From Burkholderiales bacterium (GTDB lineage: Bacteria; Pseudomonadota; Gammaproteobacteria; Burkholderiales; SG8-39), in assembly GCA_038329645.1 (NCBI GenBank), contig JBBQNG010000001.1, forward strand, positions 5,933-69,932: a stretch of 64,000 nt of DNA, written 5' to 3'. Of the stretch, positions 46,301 to 55,219 are shown in pieces (position 1 is the first letter of the stretch; each line of letters begins with the position of its first letter). The notes under the pieces are model-generated. The model worked only from the letters and a program-made list of their open reading frames with translations. It searched no databases and was not told the DNA's origin. The translations under genes were made by a program, and so were the position numbers.

Positions 46301-48413
46301 AGACCCATTGCGCGAACGCGCCGTGCGCAAATTCGACGAGCTCGTGCAGGCTCGCGTTCGCCGCGCGTTCTTCCTGCTGCCAAAGATTCATTACCTGCTC
46401 GACCGCCCATGCCGCCTCTCCCAGGCGCATCAGGCCGACCATCCGGCCGCTTCCCTTCAGGGTGTGAAATCCTCGCCTGATCAGGGTGAGTTCGGCGAGG
46501 TTGGAAGGCTGGGCGCGGCAGATCCGGAGGCTTTGCGCGATCGTCTCGAGCACGCCAACGGCTTCCTCCAGGAAGATCGCGAGCAGTTCCTGGTCGATGA
46601 CCTCGTCGCTCTCGCCGCTCAGGCGCTCGGCCTCGGCCGAGGGCGCTTCGATAGGGGGGGTTATGTCGACGCCCGGCTCTTCGGCGAGCTCGGGTTCCGC
46701 CTTGACCGGCGCGGACGCGGTCGGCGCTGCGGCGAGAATGGGCTGCATAGCCACCGCGAAATCGGCTTTGCCCAGTCGCAGGGCATCGAGGTAAAAGCCC
46801 AGTCCCGACAGGATCTGGGCGACCTCCTCGAACTCACGCAACTCGGGCCGCGTCGCCGCATTCGCGAACGCGTGGATCTTTTCCTGGCAACGTGCCATCG
46901 CAGCGGCCGCATCTTCCTCGCCGAGCAGGGCTAGCGCGCCGGCCACCTGGTGGCTCGCCGGCTCTAGCGCGGACAGCTCCGCAACTTTTGAGGGATCGCG
47001 GAAGTAGGTATCGAGGGCCTGCTCGATCCGGTGCAGGTTGGCCTGCATCTCTGCGACGGTGCTGTCAATCGCAAGCTTTTCCTGTGCGCGCCGCGTCATG
47101 GCGTCGATCAGCGGCAGGCTCAGCGTAACGTCCGGGTCCTGCTTGCCGAACGCTGCCGCCCCCAGGCGTGCCAGCATCACCCGCGCCTGTGCATTGAACT
47201 CGGGTGTGAGCTGCGCATAATTTTCCACCGCGTTCTCGACCACGAGGAGCGCGGTGGCCACTTCCATGCCGACCGACTCGCTCATCTTGGCCGGGTTGGT
47301 GACCAGGTAGGCCGCGATCACTGCAAGCTCGCGCGCAAGCTCGGCGAGCTCCGCGCTGCCAAGCGAGCCGCTCTCGTCCTTGATGACGTCGGCGTGGCGC
47401 GCGAAGACCGCCAGCGAGGCCTCCGCGCCCGATGCAAACCGGTTCCACGCATCTTTGGCATTGACGATTTCGTCGCGCAGCGCAATCGCTGTCGGGGCCC
47501 GCTGGGCCTGGTCGGTCTCGGGCCCGCTTGAGGGCAGCGAGCCCTGCAGCCCGAAGGCCTGCTGGGCCTCGCGAACCCTCTCGCCGGAAGACTGGCCCGA
47601 GGGGGTGACCTTGGCGATCCAGTAGAGCACTTCGCGCAGCAGCCGTTCCGGCACTGCGGGCGACCCCTCGGTCATGCGGCGCATCTGTTGCTCGACCTTT
47701 GAGCCGAGCAGTTTCACACCCGCCTCGAGGGGCAGGCTGCCCTCGGCCAGGGCCTGATAAAAGGCCCCGGCGGCCCACCAGAAGGCGCGCTGCGCCGGCA
47801 CGAGCTGGACCGCCTCGATGCCGTCCACGGCGGTGAGCATGTCCTGGATGCTGGCCCCATCGGCCGGGTCCTTGAACCATTTCAGGAATCCGCGTTGGAA
47901 CCGGCTGCGCTGGCCGCGCAGGTAGGTCTCGGTCTCGGCCGGGGAAAGCCGCACCGGATGATCCTCGCGCGGCGGCGGCTGCAGGGTCAGGTCGGGAAAA
48001 TAGAGGTCGGCTTCGGACACGTCCTTAATGCCGCGCAGCGTGGCCAGTTCCTTGTGCAGGGGATACAGGCGCAGCGGCTGGTCGGGCATGCCGTCAAGCA
48101 GTTCCGCGAGGTACTTGCCGATTGCCTGCGTGGCGCGATCGAGCGCGTCAAACGCGCCGCTGCCAGGCTCGACCTTGCCCGCCTCGAGCTCGGCGACCAG
48201 CCTTTCGGTCTCCTCGAAAAAACGCGAAACGCCGGCGAGGCCGACGATCTGCACCGCCCCGTAGGCCTGGTGCAGGTGGGTCTGCGCCGCCTTGAGCGCC
48301 TTGCGGTCGGTCGGGTCCGCCGCAAATGCGCGCAGACTGCCGCGGGCGCGCTCCAGCGACGAGTCGATCTCGTTCTTTACCCAGCTGAGCGGCCCGATAT
48401 CTATGGCGCTAAT
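43377..48413 (-). CDS. chpA: hybrid multi-Hpt CheA-type histidine kinase ChpA of the type IV pilus chemosensory system
   Basis: It has five Hpt-like sites (THLHQAYGA, SHQVAGAL, FHTLKGSG, AHTLAGIC, LHTLKGSA), a dimerisation/HATPase core (NSIAHGIE..DDGAGLD..GRGVGLD), a CheW-like domain and a C-terminal receiver (IMVVDDS...DVEMPRMDG). The first canonical start (GTG 48254) truncates a conserved-looking N-terminus. The 5' end is set provisionally at in-frame ATT 48413. Confidence 0.85.
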   Translation of the reverse strand: MSAIDIGPLSWVKNEIDSSLERARGSLRAFAADPTDRKALKAAQTHLHQAYGAVQIVGLAGVSRFFEETERLVAELEAGKVEPGSGAFDALDRATQAIGKYLAELLDGMPDQPLRLYPLHKELATLRGIKDVSEADLYFPDLTLQPPPREDHPVRLSPAETETYLRGQRSRFQRGFLKWFKDPADGASIQDMLTAVDGIEAVQLVPAQRAFWWAAGAFYQALAEGSLPLEAGVKLLGSKVEQQMRRMTEGSPAVPERLLREVLYWIAKVTPSGQSSGERVREAQQAFGLQGSLPSSGPETDQAQRAPTAIALRDEIVNAKDAWNRFASGAEASLAVFARHADVIKDESGSLGSAELAELARELAVIAAYLVTNPAKMSESVGMEVATALLVVENAVENYAQLTPEFNAQARVMLARLGAAAFGKQDPDVTLSLPLIDAMTRRAQEKLAIDSTVAEMQANLHRIEQALDTYFRDPSKVAELSALEPASHQVAGALALLGEEDAAAAMARCQEKIHAFANAATRPELREFEEVAQILSGLGFYLDALRLGKADFAVAMQPILAAAPTASAPVKAEPELAEEPGVDITPPIEAPSAEAERLSGESDEVIDQELLAIFLEEAVGVLETIAQSLRICRAQPSNLAELTLIRRGFHTLKGSGRMVGLMRLGEAAWAVEQVMNLWQQEERAANASLHELVEFAHGAFAQWVSRLQAGEPQPDPQPIIDRADAVRRSEAPLLAPVPVTPPVPAPKAPLQDVLPAESIAAEDTVRIGGLVISASLFTVFANEARQHLETLEREIAQAAAGRTVGVREELVRAAHTLAGICGTVQVNAMHDLGGAFEGALLRLKNRATGIAPEELSLAHDSVQALKMMYEGVLERAVPGAATKLIARLGAITGEAARLAAPDDEEATPTAAEPRAASSLEEALAGDEPEERRQRRLEDEIDHQLLPIFLEEAGELVPHIGELLRTWRAEPTGFEAARALQRALHTLKGSARMAGVMGLGELTHNMETRVENAIALNLTPGQFFDDLETSYDRMGLLLERVQQPQEETAPSVRPATPVASAAAPPVEPVLPREEAKVHAMMRVRADVLEKLVNEAGEIAIARSRVETEMHGLKTALVELTENVARLRRELREIEIAAESQLASRMHATQEKDRQFDPLEFDRFTRFQELTRMMAESVNDVSTVQQTLNKVADDTDSALAAQARLNRELQQDLMRIRMVPIGSIVERLHRIVRQASKELGKRANLDIRGVNVELDRSALERITGPLEHLLRNSIAHGIENPEMRVAQGKPAMGEISLEVRQEGNEVTLVLADDGAGLDLARIRAKAIAQGLLGADETRSDQQLAELVFAPGLSTAESVTELAGRGVGLDVVMSEVSGLGGRIELAFTPALGTRFTIRLPLTTAVIQAVLVKVGSRTYALPSVMVEQVQQMRQELLVRAKQAGAIEWAGRRYPLYHLPTLLDEPGTALPLEPRRFTPVLLVRSGVEAVAIEVDDMLGNQEVVVKHIGPQLARVPGIAGATVLGTGEIVMILNPVPLAARPVSAREVVTSPHVQVPAVPAQPRIMVVDDSLTVRKITGRLLAREGYRVFTARDGVEALELLAEAVPDVMLVDVEMPRMDGFDLTRNVRADARFKNVPIIMITSRTAEKHRNYALSLGVNVFLGKPYQEDELLRHIAGFIAGS

Positions 48414-48452
48414 CCTTCGGCGGGGGTTGGACGGTCACGTGCTTCGCGCGGA

Positions 48453-50567
48453 TCAGAGTTTGAAATTCGCCACCGAGCTCTTCAGGTCGCGGGCCAGCGT
48501 CGCGAGCTGACCGACCGACTGCGCGGTGCGCTTGGTGCCCTCGGTGGCCTGCTCGGTGATCCCCAGGATGTTGCGCATGCTCACAGCCACTGCGCCCGCC
48601 GCTTTGGCCTGCGTCTGGGTGGTCTGCGAAATCGTCTCGATCAGCTGGGCAAGCTTTTTGGACACTTCGCCGATTTCGGCCAGCGCCTGGCCCGCGTTGT
48701 CCGAGAGCTTCGCGCCCTCGACCACGCCCTGGGTACTCTTCTCCATCGCCGATACCGCGTCCTGCGTGTCGGTCTGAATCGTTTTCACGATGGCGCCGAT
48801 CTGCTTCGTCGCTTCGCCGGAGCGCTCGGCGAGGCGCTGCACTTCCTCGGCCACCACCGTGAAGCCGCGGCCCGCCTCGCCAGCCGAGGCCGCCTGGATC
48901 GCCGCGTTCAGGGCCAGCACGTTGGTCTGCTCGGTGATGTCGGAGATCAGCTCGACGATCTCGCCGATCTCCTGGGACGACTCGCCCAGCCGCTTGATCC
49001 GTTTCGCGGTTTCCTGGATCTGGTCGCGAATGTCGTTCATGCCCGAGATGGCGTCCTGCACCGCCTGCTGGCCCTTTTCGGCCGCGGCGAGCGATGCCCT
49101 CGCGACGCCAGCGGACTGCGTCGCGCTGCTCGACACGTCGTTGATGGTGCGGGCCATGCCGAGCACCTGCGCGCTGGTGTTCTTGATCTCCTGGGACTGC
49201 TTGTCGTTATCGGAGAGCATCTGCACCGTGGTCTGCTGGGCGGAATCCGAGGCCACCGTCACCTGGTCGGCCGCCGCGGTGATGCGGCTCACCAGGCTGC
49301 GCAACTCCTCGATGGCGAAATTGACGGAGTCGGCAACCGCGCCGGTGATGTCCTCGCTGACCGTTGCGCGCACGGTAAGGTCGCCCTCGGCGAAGTTCTG
49401 CATTTCGTTCATCAGGCGCAGGATCGCGGCCTGGTTCTGCTCGTTCTGCTGCCTGACCGCGGCCTGCTGTTTCTCCGCCTCCTCGCGCCTGCGCTGCTCG
49501 TCGCGCACGAAGGCCACCGCGATCAGGGCGGCGACATCGAGCGCCGCAAGTCCCAGCAGCAACACCAGGTAGATTGTCTTGCTCCCCACCAGGTCGGCGT
49601 CGTATTCGGTGGCGACTTTCTCCGTCTCCTGCAGAAGCTTTTCGGAATCGGCAAAGATTGCCGCGGCCGCATTTTTGGCGGCGATCAGGCGCTGCATGTT
49701 GCCCAGGATCGCAGAAGCCGAATCCTGGTACGTCTTGAACGCAGTCGCCAGCTCCTCCAGCCGGGCGGAGGTTTCCGGATCCTTGGCGGGCGCGACACGC
49801 ATCTGCGCGTTGCCGTCACGCAGAGCGGCAAGCAGCGTGCGGAATTCGTTGGTGTCCTTGCCGAGGAGGAAAGCCACCTCGGAGTCGACCGTTTCCCCGG
49901 CAAGCAGCGCGTTGGCGTTTTTCGCCAGGCGCTGGGTAAGCATCACCAGCTGGCCTGCGGTGGAGATTTCTCGCGTGGAAGCGGCGCTCTGCAGCTTGAG
50001 CGCCTGCACCCGTTCCGCGAGATCCAGGAGCTGTGGGTTGGAGCCGTTTATCTGGGCAACCGCGGCGCCCAGTCCGACCAGGTTCTTTTGCTCCTTGAGG
50101 AGCGTCGAAGCGTTCTGCTCGGTCTTCTGCCACTCTTTCGCCAGCGCCTCGAGGGCCGGCTGGATCCTGTCGGGCGAGGGTGGGACGGTCACACCGCCCG
50201 ACTCGCCGCCCTTTATCAAGCGATCGAGGATCGCCGTGAACGCGTCGCGGCTTGCAGCCACCTGCTTGAACGCTTCCGGGTTGCCGAGCAGGCTTTGCTG
50301 CGCGGCTTTCGCAAGCCGCTGCGAAAGCATCCGGAGCTGGCCAGCGTCTGCGATGTAGACGGTGCCGTACTTCGACTCGCGCGCGTTGAGGAACACCAGG
50401 ACCCCAGCTAAGACCAGCAGGACCAGCAGCAGTGGGACCAAGACGAGACGCAGGTTCTTGCCCGCCAGGGCGGAGCGGAAGCCGGCGGGCCGCCGTGCGG
50501 CGGGATTGGGGTCCGGCGCCTTGGGGGCCGCCCTGGGTCCGAGTTTGAAAGGCAGTTTTAACGCCAT
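48453..50567 (-). CDS. pilJ: methyl-accepting chemotaxis protein PilJ
   Basis: 704 aa with GGAGG before the ATG. It has an N-terminal TM segment, a PilJ-type periplasmic domain, HAMP, and the signalling hairpin EQTNVLALNAAIQAASAGEAGRGFTVVAEEVQRLAERS. Confidence 0.92.
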   Translation of the reverse strand: MALKLPFKLGPRAAPKAPDPNPAARRPAGFRSALAGKNLRLVLVPLLLVLLVLAGVLVFLNARESKYGTVYIADAGQLRMLSQRLAKAAQQSLLGNPEAFKQVAASRDAFTAILDRLIKGGESGGVTVPPSPDRIQPALEALAKEWQKTEQNASTLLKEQKNLVGLGAAVAQINGSNPQLLDLAERVQALKLQSAASTREISTAGQLVMLTQRLAKNANALLAGETVDSEVAFLLGKDTNEFRTLLAALRDGNAQMRVAPAKDPETSARLEELATAFKTYQDSASAILGNMQRLIAAKNAAAAIFADSEKLLQETEKVATEYDADLVGSKTIYLVLLLGLAALDVAALIAVAFVRDEQRRREEAEKQQAAVRQQNEQNQAAILRLMNEMQNFAEGDLTVRATVSEDITGAVADSVNFAIEELRSLVSRITAAADQVTVASDSAQQTTVQMLSDNDKQSQEIKNTSAQVLGMARTINDVSSSATQSAGVARASLAAAEKGQQAVQDAISGMNDIRDQIQETAKRIKRLGESSQEIGEIVELISDITEQTNVLALNAAIQAASAGEAGRGFTVVAEEVQRLAERSGEATKQIGAIVKTIQTDTQDAVSAMEKSTQGVVEGAKLSDNAGQALAEIGEVSKKLAQLIETISQTTQTQAKAAGAVAVSMRNILGITEQATEGTKRTAQSVGQLATLARDLKSSVANFKL

Positions 50568-50594
50568 GAATCCTCCGTTGATGCTGCTGTACGG

Positions 50595-51110
50595 CTAGTG
50601 GACCGCTATTTCCAGAAATTCGCGCTGCGCAAGCAGCTGTTGGGCATCGAGCTCGCGCCAGAGCCGTCCTTCCTTATCGTGCCAGGCGGCCGCGCACCAT
50701 GCCGCGCGGTATTCGGTGGCGGTCTCCGGCGCGTATTCGACTACGCTGCGCAGTCCGGCCAGGCGGGTGACGAGCAGGGCACAATTCACCCCCATCGGCT
50801 GGCCGACCAGCAACAGGCGGTTCTCCGGCCCCCTGACAGTGGGCGCCTGGCCCAGGAAGGCGCCGAAATCGGTGATGCCGTAAAGCGATCCGCGGATATT
50901 GGCCACGCCCATGAACCATTCCCGCGTCAGCGGCACATGCTGAATTTCGGGGACCTGCAGCACTTCGCCGGAGCTGTCGAGCCGCGCGAGCCAGTAGGTG
51001 CCGCCCGCCTCGAAACCCAGGCGCGCGGACGGCGCAGCCTCACTCGCTGCTGCCTTGAGCCGGCTTGCGAGCCCTTCCTGGAATTCCTTCAGGCTTACGC
51101 GTCGTGACAT
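50595..51110 (-). CDS. pilI: CheW-like coupling protein PilI
   Basis: 171 aa with a CheW domain (WFMGVANIRGSLYGITDF), positioned between pilH and pilJ. Confidence 0.85.
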   Translation of the reverse strand: MSRRVSLKEFQEGLASRLKAAASEAAPSARLGFEAGGTYWLARLDSSGEVLQVPEIQHVPLTREWFMGVANIRGSLYGITDFGAFLGQAPTVRGPENRLLLVGQPMGVNCALLVTRLAGLRSVVEYAPETATEYRAAWCAAAWHDKEGRLWRELDAQQLLAQREFLEIAVH

Positions 51111-51114
51111 CGCG

Positions 51115-51480
51115 TCATCCGAGAGCGGCTATCTTGGCTGCCAGTTCTTCCACGTTGACTGGCTTGACGATGTAGTCGCGGGCGCCCTGCCGCATGCCCC
51201 AGATCCGGTCGGTCTCCTGCGATTTGGTGGTGCAGATGATTACCGGGATGTGCTTGGTCGCCTCGTCCTTGGCGATCTGGCGGGTGGCCTGGAATCCGTT
51301 CGATCCCGGCATCACCACATCCATGAGCACGAGCTCGGGCAGCTCGGTGCGAGCTTTCGCAACGCCTTCCTCCCCGCTCTCGGCCAGCACGACCTGGTAG
51401 CCGAGCTTCGACAAGGCCTCGAGCATGAACTGGCGCTCGGTAGGTGAATCGTCTACGACAAGGATTTTCTTTATCGGCAT
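51115..51480 (-). CDS. pilH: single-domain response regulator PilH
   Basis: 121 aa with KILVVDDSPTERQ...LVLMDVVMPGSNG...PVIICTTK...KP. Confidence 0.88.
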   Translation of the reverse strand: MPIKKILVVDDSPTERQFMLEALSKLGYQVVLAESGEEGVAKARTELPELVLMDVVMPGSNGFQATRQIAKDEATKHIPVIICTTKSQETDRIWGMRQGARDYIVKPVNVEELAAKIAALG

Positions 51481-51503
51481 GGGTGTCTCGGTGAATCCTG
51501 GAA

Positions 51504-51923
51504 TCAGCCGCCCTCGGCGGCGCCGCGCACATGCGCGCTTACGGTCTTAAGCAAGCTGTCCTTGGTGAACGGCTTCGTTAGGTATTCGTCGGAGCCCACC
51601 ATCCGGCCGCGCGCGCGGTCGAAGAGGCCGTCTTTCGAGGACAGCATGATGACCGGCGTGGCGGCGAACTTTGGATTTTTCTTGATCAGCGCGCAGGTCT
51701 GGTAGCCGTCCAGGCGCGGCATCATGATGTCCACGAACACGACTCCAGGCAGGTGGTCGGCGATCTTCGCCAGCGCGTCGAACCCGTCCTCGGCGAGGAT
51801 TACGGTGGCGCCGGCCTGCAGGAGGAAAATCTCCGCGCTGCGGCGGATGGTGTTCGAGTCGTCGATCACCATTACCTTCACGCCGGCAAGACTGCCCTTC
51901 GTTTCGGCAGTCATGTCTGCCAT
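51504..51923 (-). CDS. pilG: single-domain response regulator PilG
   Basis: 139 aa with KVMVIDDSNTIRR...VVFVDIMMPRLDGYQTCALIK...MLSSKDG..DRARG...G.DEYLTKPF. It is the first gene of the operon. Confidence 0.88.
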   Translation of the reverse strand: MADMTAETKGSLAGVKVMVIDDSNTIRRSAEIFLLQAGATVILAEDGFDALAKIADHLPGVVFVDIMMPRLDGYQTCALIKKNPKFAATPVIMLSSKDGLFDRARGRMVGSDEYLTKPFTKDSLLKTVSAHVRGAAEGG

Positions 51924-52096
51924 GCCAGCCCCCTATCGTCCTCGATCTGTCGCGCGTCCACCCGGCGCCAAGCCGTTTGAATACTAGGCGCCAATATGAA
52001 TTCAAAGCAAGGGCGCATGATCCCCGATGCGACAAGCTTTTTGCGGCGCCGCCTCGCGGGTCGCCACTAGCGCGCGAAAAAGCCCTGCGGCCGGTG

Positions 52097-52279
52097 CTAG
52101 ATCTCCACCATCTCGAAGTCGTCCTTGCGCGCGCCGCATTCCGGGCAGGTCCAGTTGATTGGCACGTCTTCCCAGCGGGTGCCGGGCGCGATCCCTTCTT
52201 CCGGCAGGCCCGCAGCTTCGTCGTAGATCCAGCCGCAAATGAGGCACATCCAGCTGCGGAACTCCTTGTTTTCGGACAT
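52097..52279 (-). CDS. rubredoxin
   Basis: 60 aa with WMCLICGWIYDE...WTCPECGARKDDFEMVEI (two CxxCG knuckles). Confidence 0.9.
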   Translation of the reverse strand: MSENKEFRSWMCLICGWIYDEAAGLPEEGIAPGTRWEDVPINWTCPECGARKDDFEMVEI

Positions 52280-52385
52280 GAGAAAGGCACGGGTGAGTTA
52301 AAATGGCCCGGCATATTAACTTATCCGCGAGTCTCCCGCGCCGCTGCGCCATACCGAGCACGGCTCGCATCGGTTCCGCCTCTCC

Positions 52386-53234
52386 ATGCCCTCCCTGCCG
52401 CCCATCGTGCTTACATTTGCGGCCTCCGATCCGACCGGGGGCGCCGGGCTGCAGGCGGACCTCCTTACGCTTGCGAGCATGGGGTGCCATCCGCTCTCCG
52501 TGGTGACCGCGCTGACCGTGCAGGACACCCGCGGTGTCGACGACGTGCTCGCTATCGACAGCGACTGGGTGGCCGACCAGGCAAGGAAGCTCCTCGAGGA
52601 CATGCCGATAGCCGCCTTCAAGCTCGGCGTCCTTGGTTCAATCGAAAACATCACGGCAATCGCGGAAATCATTTCCGACTACCCGGAAGTGCCCGTTATC
52701 CTCGACCCGGTGCTCGCCTCGGGACGCGGCGATACCCTGGCCGGCGAAGACATGATCCTCGCGATGCGCGAGCTGATCGTGCCGCAGACCACCGTGCTCA
52801 CGCCCAACAGCATGGAGGCGCGGCGCCTTGCCGAAGAGGACGAGGAGGGCGAGGACCCGCCGCTTGCGGAATGCGCGTCGCGCCTGGTCCTGCTGGGATG
52901 CGAATTCGTCCTGATCACGGGAACGCACGAAAACACGCCCGAGGTCATCAATACGCTTTACGGCGAGGAAGGAGTGGTGCGCAGCGACCGCTGGAAGAGG
53001 CTGCCGGGCAGCTTCCATGGCTCGGGTTGCACGCTTGCCTCGGCGATTGCCGCGACCATGGCCAACGGGCTGGATGTCCCCGAGGCGGTGCGCGAAGCCC
53101 AGGAGTACACCTGGCAGGCGCTCGCGCACGGGTTTCGTCCGGGCATGGGGCAGCACCTGCCGGACCGCTTCTTTTGGGCGCGCGAAGTCGATGGCGAAGG
53201 TACGCAGTCGGATAAGGACGGCGAGGACCGATGA
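52386..53234 (+). CDS. thiD: hydroxymethylpyrimidine/phosphomethylpyrimidine kinase
   Basis: VLTFAASDPTGGAGLQADLLTLASMGCHPLSVVTALTVQDTRGV and GSGCTLASAIAA are present. Confidence 0.9.
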   Translation: MPSLPPIVLTFAASDPTGGAGLQADLLTLASMGCHPLSVVTALTVQDTRGVDDVLAIDSDWVADQARKLLEDMPIAAFKLGVLGSIENITAIAEIISDYPEVPVILDPVLASGRGDTLAGEDMILAMRELIVPQTTVLTPNSMEARRLAEEDEEGEDPPLAECASRLVLLGCEFVLITGTHENTPEVINTLYGEEGVVRSDRWKRLPGSFHGSGCTLASAIAATMANGLDVPEAVREAQEYTWQALAHGFRPGMGQHLPDRFFWAREVDGEGTQSDKDGEDR

Positions 53235-53845
53235 AGGGCCTCTACGCCATCACTCCCGATACCGCTTCCACGGCGGACCTCGCCCGGATGGTCCGCGATG
53301 CGCTGCGCGGCGGTATCGATGTTCTGCAGTATCGCAACAAGTCGGCCGACCCGGCGTTACGCAGGGAGCAGGCGCAAATGCTTCTGCGCTTGACGCGCCC
53401 GGTGCGTGTGCCGCTCATAGTCAACGACGATGTCGCCCTCGCTGCCGATATCGATGCCGACGGCGCCCACGTCGGCCGTGACGACGGCGAAGTCGCGGCA
53501 GCGCGCCGCGCGCTGCCGGGAAAACTGCTGGGCGCCTCGTGCTATGCCAGCCTCGAGTCTGCCCGGGCCGCTATCGCCGACGGGGCCGATCACGTCGCGT
53601 TCGGCAGCGTTTTCGCCTCGGGCACCAAGCCCGACGCGCGACGCGCCCCGCTCTCGCTATTTGCCCGGGCCCGCAGCCTTGGCGTGCCGCTGGTGGCCAT
53701 AGGCGGCATAACCGCCGACAACGCGCTATCCGCCGTCACCGCGGGGGCCGATTGCGTCGCAGTCATCTCCGACCTCTTCGGCGCGCCCGACATCGCGGGC
53801 CGCGCTGCCCTCTACCGCGGTATTTTCGAGAAGCACTACGCATGA
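53231..53845 (+). CDS. thiE: thiamine-phosphate synthase
   Basis: The start overlaps the thiD stop (ATGA). It carries [34 protein letters not shown] and IGGI. Confidence 0.9.
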   Translation: MKGLYAITPDTASTADLARMVRDALRGGIDVLQYRNKSADPALRREQAQMLLRLTRPVRVPLIVNDDVALAADIDADGAHVGRDDGEVAAARRALPGKLLGASCYASLESARAAIADGADHVAFGSVFASGTKPDARRAPLSLFARARSLGVPLVAIGGITADNALSAVTAGADCVAVISDLFGAPDIAGRAALYRGIFEKHYA

Positions 53846-55128
53846 GCGATCGCAACACGGAGCTTTTCCTGCGCGCACAGAAGCATATTCCCGCCGGCGT
53901 AAATTCGCCGGTGCGCGCGTTTCGCGCGGTCGGCGGGACGCCGCTTTTTTTCGAGCGCGCCTCAGGCCCCTACCTGTGGGATGCCAACGGCAAGCGCTAT
54001 ATAGATTACGTCGGCTCCTGGGGCCCGATGGTCGCAGGCCATACGCACCCCGCCGTAGTCGAAGCCGTGCAGGCGGCCGCAAGCCGCGCGCTTTCCTTCG
54101 GCGCCCCGACCGAGTCGGAAGTCGAGCTGGCGGAACTCATTTGCGCGCTGGTGCCCTCCATCGAAATGGTCCGCCTCGTTTCATCCGGCACCGAAGCAAC
54201 CATGACTGCGATCCGCCTGGCGCGCGGGCACACCGGGCGTGCGACGGTAGTCAAGTTCGAAGGCTGCTACCACGGGCACGCCGACAGCCTGCTCGTGAAG
54301 GCCGGGTCGGGCGCCCTCACGTTCGGCAATCCCAGCTCGGCCGGCGTGCCGGAGGACATCGCCAAGCACACCCTGGTCCTCGACTACAACGACTCCGCGC
54401 AGGTGAAAGCGCTGTTCGATGCGCGCGGCAAGGAGATCGCCTGTGTCATCGTCGAGCCCGTGGCAGGCAACATGAACCTGATCCTGCCCGCAGCGGGCTT
54501 TCTCGAGACGCTGCGCGAGCAGTGCACGGCCCATGGTGCCGTGCTCGTCTTCGACGAGGTCATGACCGGGTTCCGGGTCGCGCTTGGCGGCGCGCAGGAA
54601 CGCTACGGCATCCGGCCTGACCTGACCACATTGGGCAAGGTCATCGGCGGGGGCATGCCGGTAGGCGCATTCGGCGGGCGGCGCGACATCATGGAAAAAA
54701 TCGCGCCGCTCGGCCCGGTCTACCAGGCAGGCACCTTGTCGGGAAACCCGGTGGCGGTCGCGGCGGGTCTTGCAACGCTGAAGCTCGTATCGCAGCCCGG
54801 TTTCATCCCTGGGATCGAGCAGGCAACGCGCATGCTCGTCGATGGCCTGCGGGAAGAAGGCCGGCGCGCGAAGATCGCCGTCTCGTCACAATGCGTGGGC
54901 AGCATGTTCGGTATTTATTTTTGCGAGCATCCGCCCGCCAGCTTCGCCCAGGTCATGGCTTGCGATCGCGACCGGTTCAACAGGTTCTTCCATGCCATGC
55001 TGGAAAAAGGCGTTTACCTCGCACCCTCCGCTTTCGAGGCAGGCTTCGTATCGGCTTCGCACGGTCCCGCCGAAATCGAGGCGACCCTTGCCGCTGTGAG
55101 GTCGGCGTTGCAGGGCCTGTCGCGCTGA
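53842..55128 (+). CDS. hemL: glutamate-1-semialdehyde 2,1-aminomutase
   Basis: ATG 53842 overlaps the thiE stop. It carries [33 protein letters not shown] and [16 protein letters not shown]. Confidence 0.93.
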   Translation: MSDRNTELFLRAQKHIPAGVNSPVRAFRAVGGTPLFFERASGPYLWDANGKRYIDYVGSWGPMVAGHTHPAVVEAVQAAASRALSFGAPTESEVELAELICALVPSIEMVRLVSSGTEATMTAIRLARGHTGRATVVKFEGCYHGHADSLLVKAGSGALTFGNPSSAGVPEDIAKHTLVLDYNDSAQVKALFDARGKEIACVIVEPVAGNMNLILPAAGFLETLREQCTAHGAVLVFDEVMTGFRVALGGAQERYGIRPDLTTLGKVIGGGMPVGAFGGRRDIMEKIAPLGPVYQAGTLSGNPVAVAAGLATLKLVSQPGFIPGIEQATRMLVDGLREEGRRAKIAVSSQCVGSMFGIYFCEHPPASFAQVMACDRDRFNRFFHAMLEKGVYLAPSAFEAGFVSASHGPAEIEATLAAVRSALQGLSR

Positions 55129-55219
55129 CTGGAACGAACCGTGCTTCGGATAGTCCATAGCCAATGGGCTCCACAATCGTGAACCCGCCGTAAAACGCCT
55201 CGCCGCGGCGTGGGCCGGG

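Noticed and set aside
47895-50411. 838-aa plus-strand ORF antisense to chpA and pilJ
   Set aside because: Same reasoning. The composition is R/L/G/A-dominated, while the opposite strand encodes an unmistakable MCP signalling domain and the ChpA N-terminus.
52280-52385. Possible TPP riboswitch upstream of thiD
   Set aside because: I looked for the conserved CUGAGA and ACCUGAUCUGGAUAAUGCCAGCG-like cores and found neither on the plus strand.
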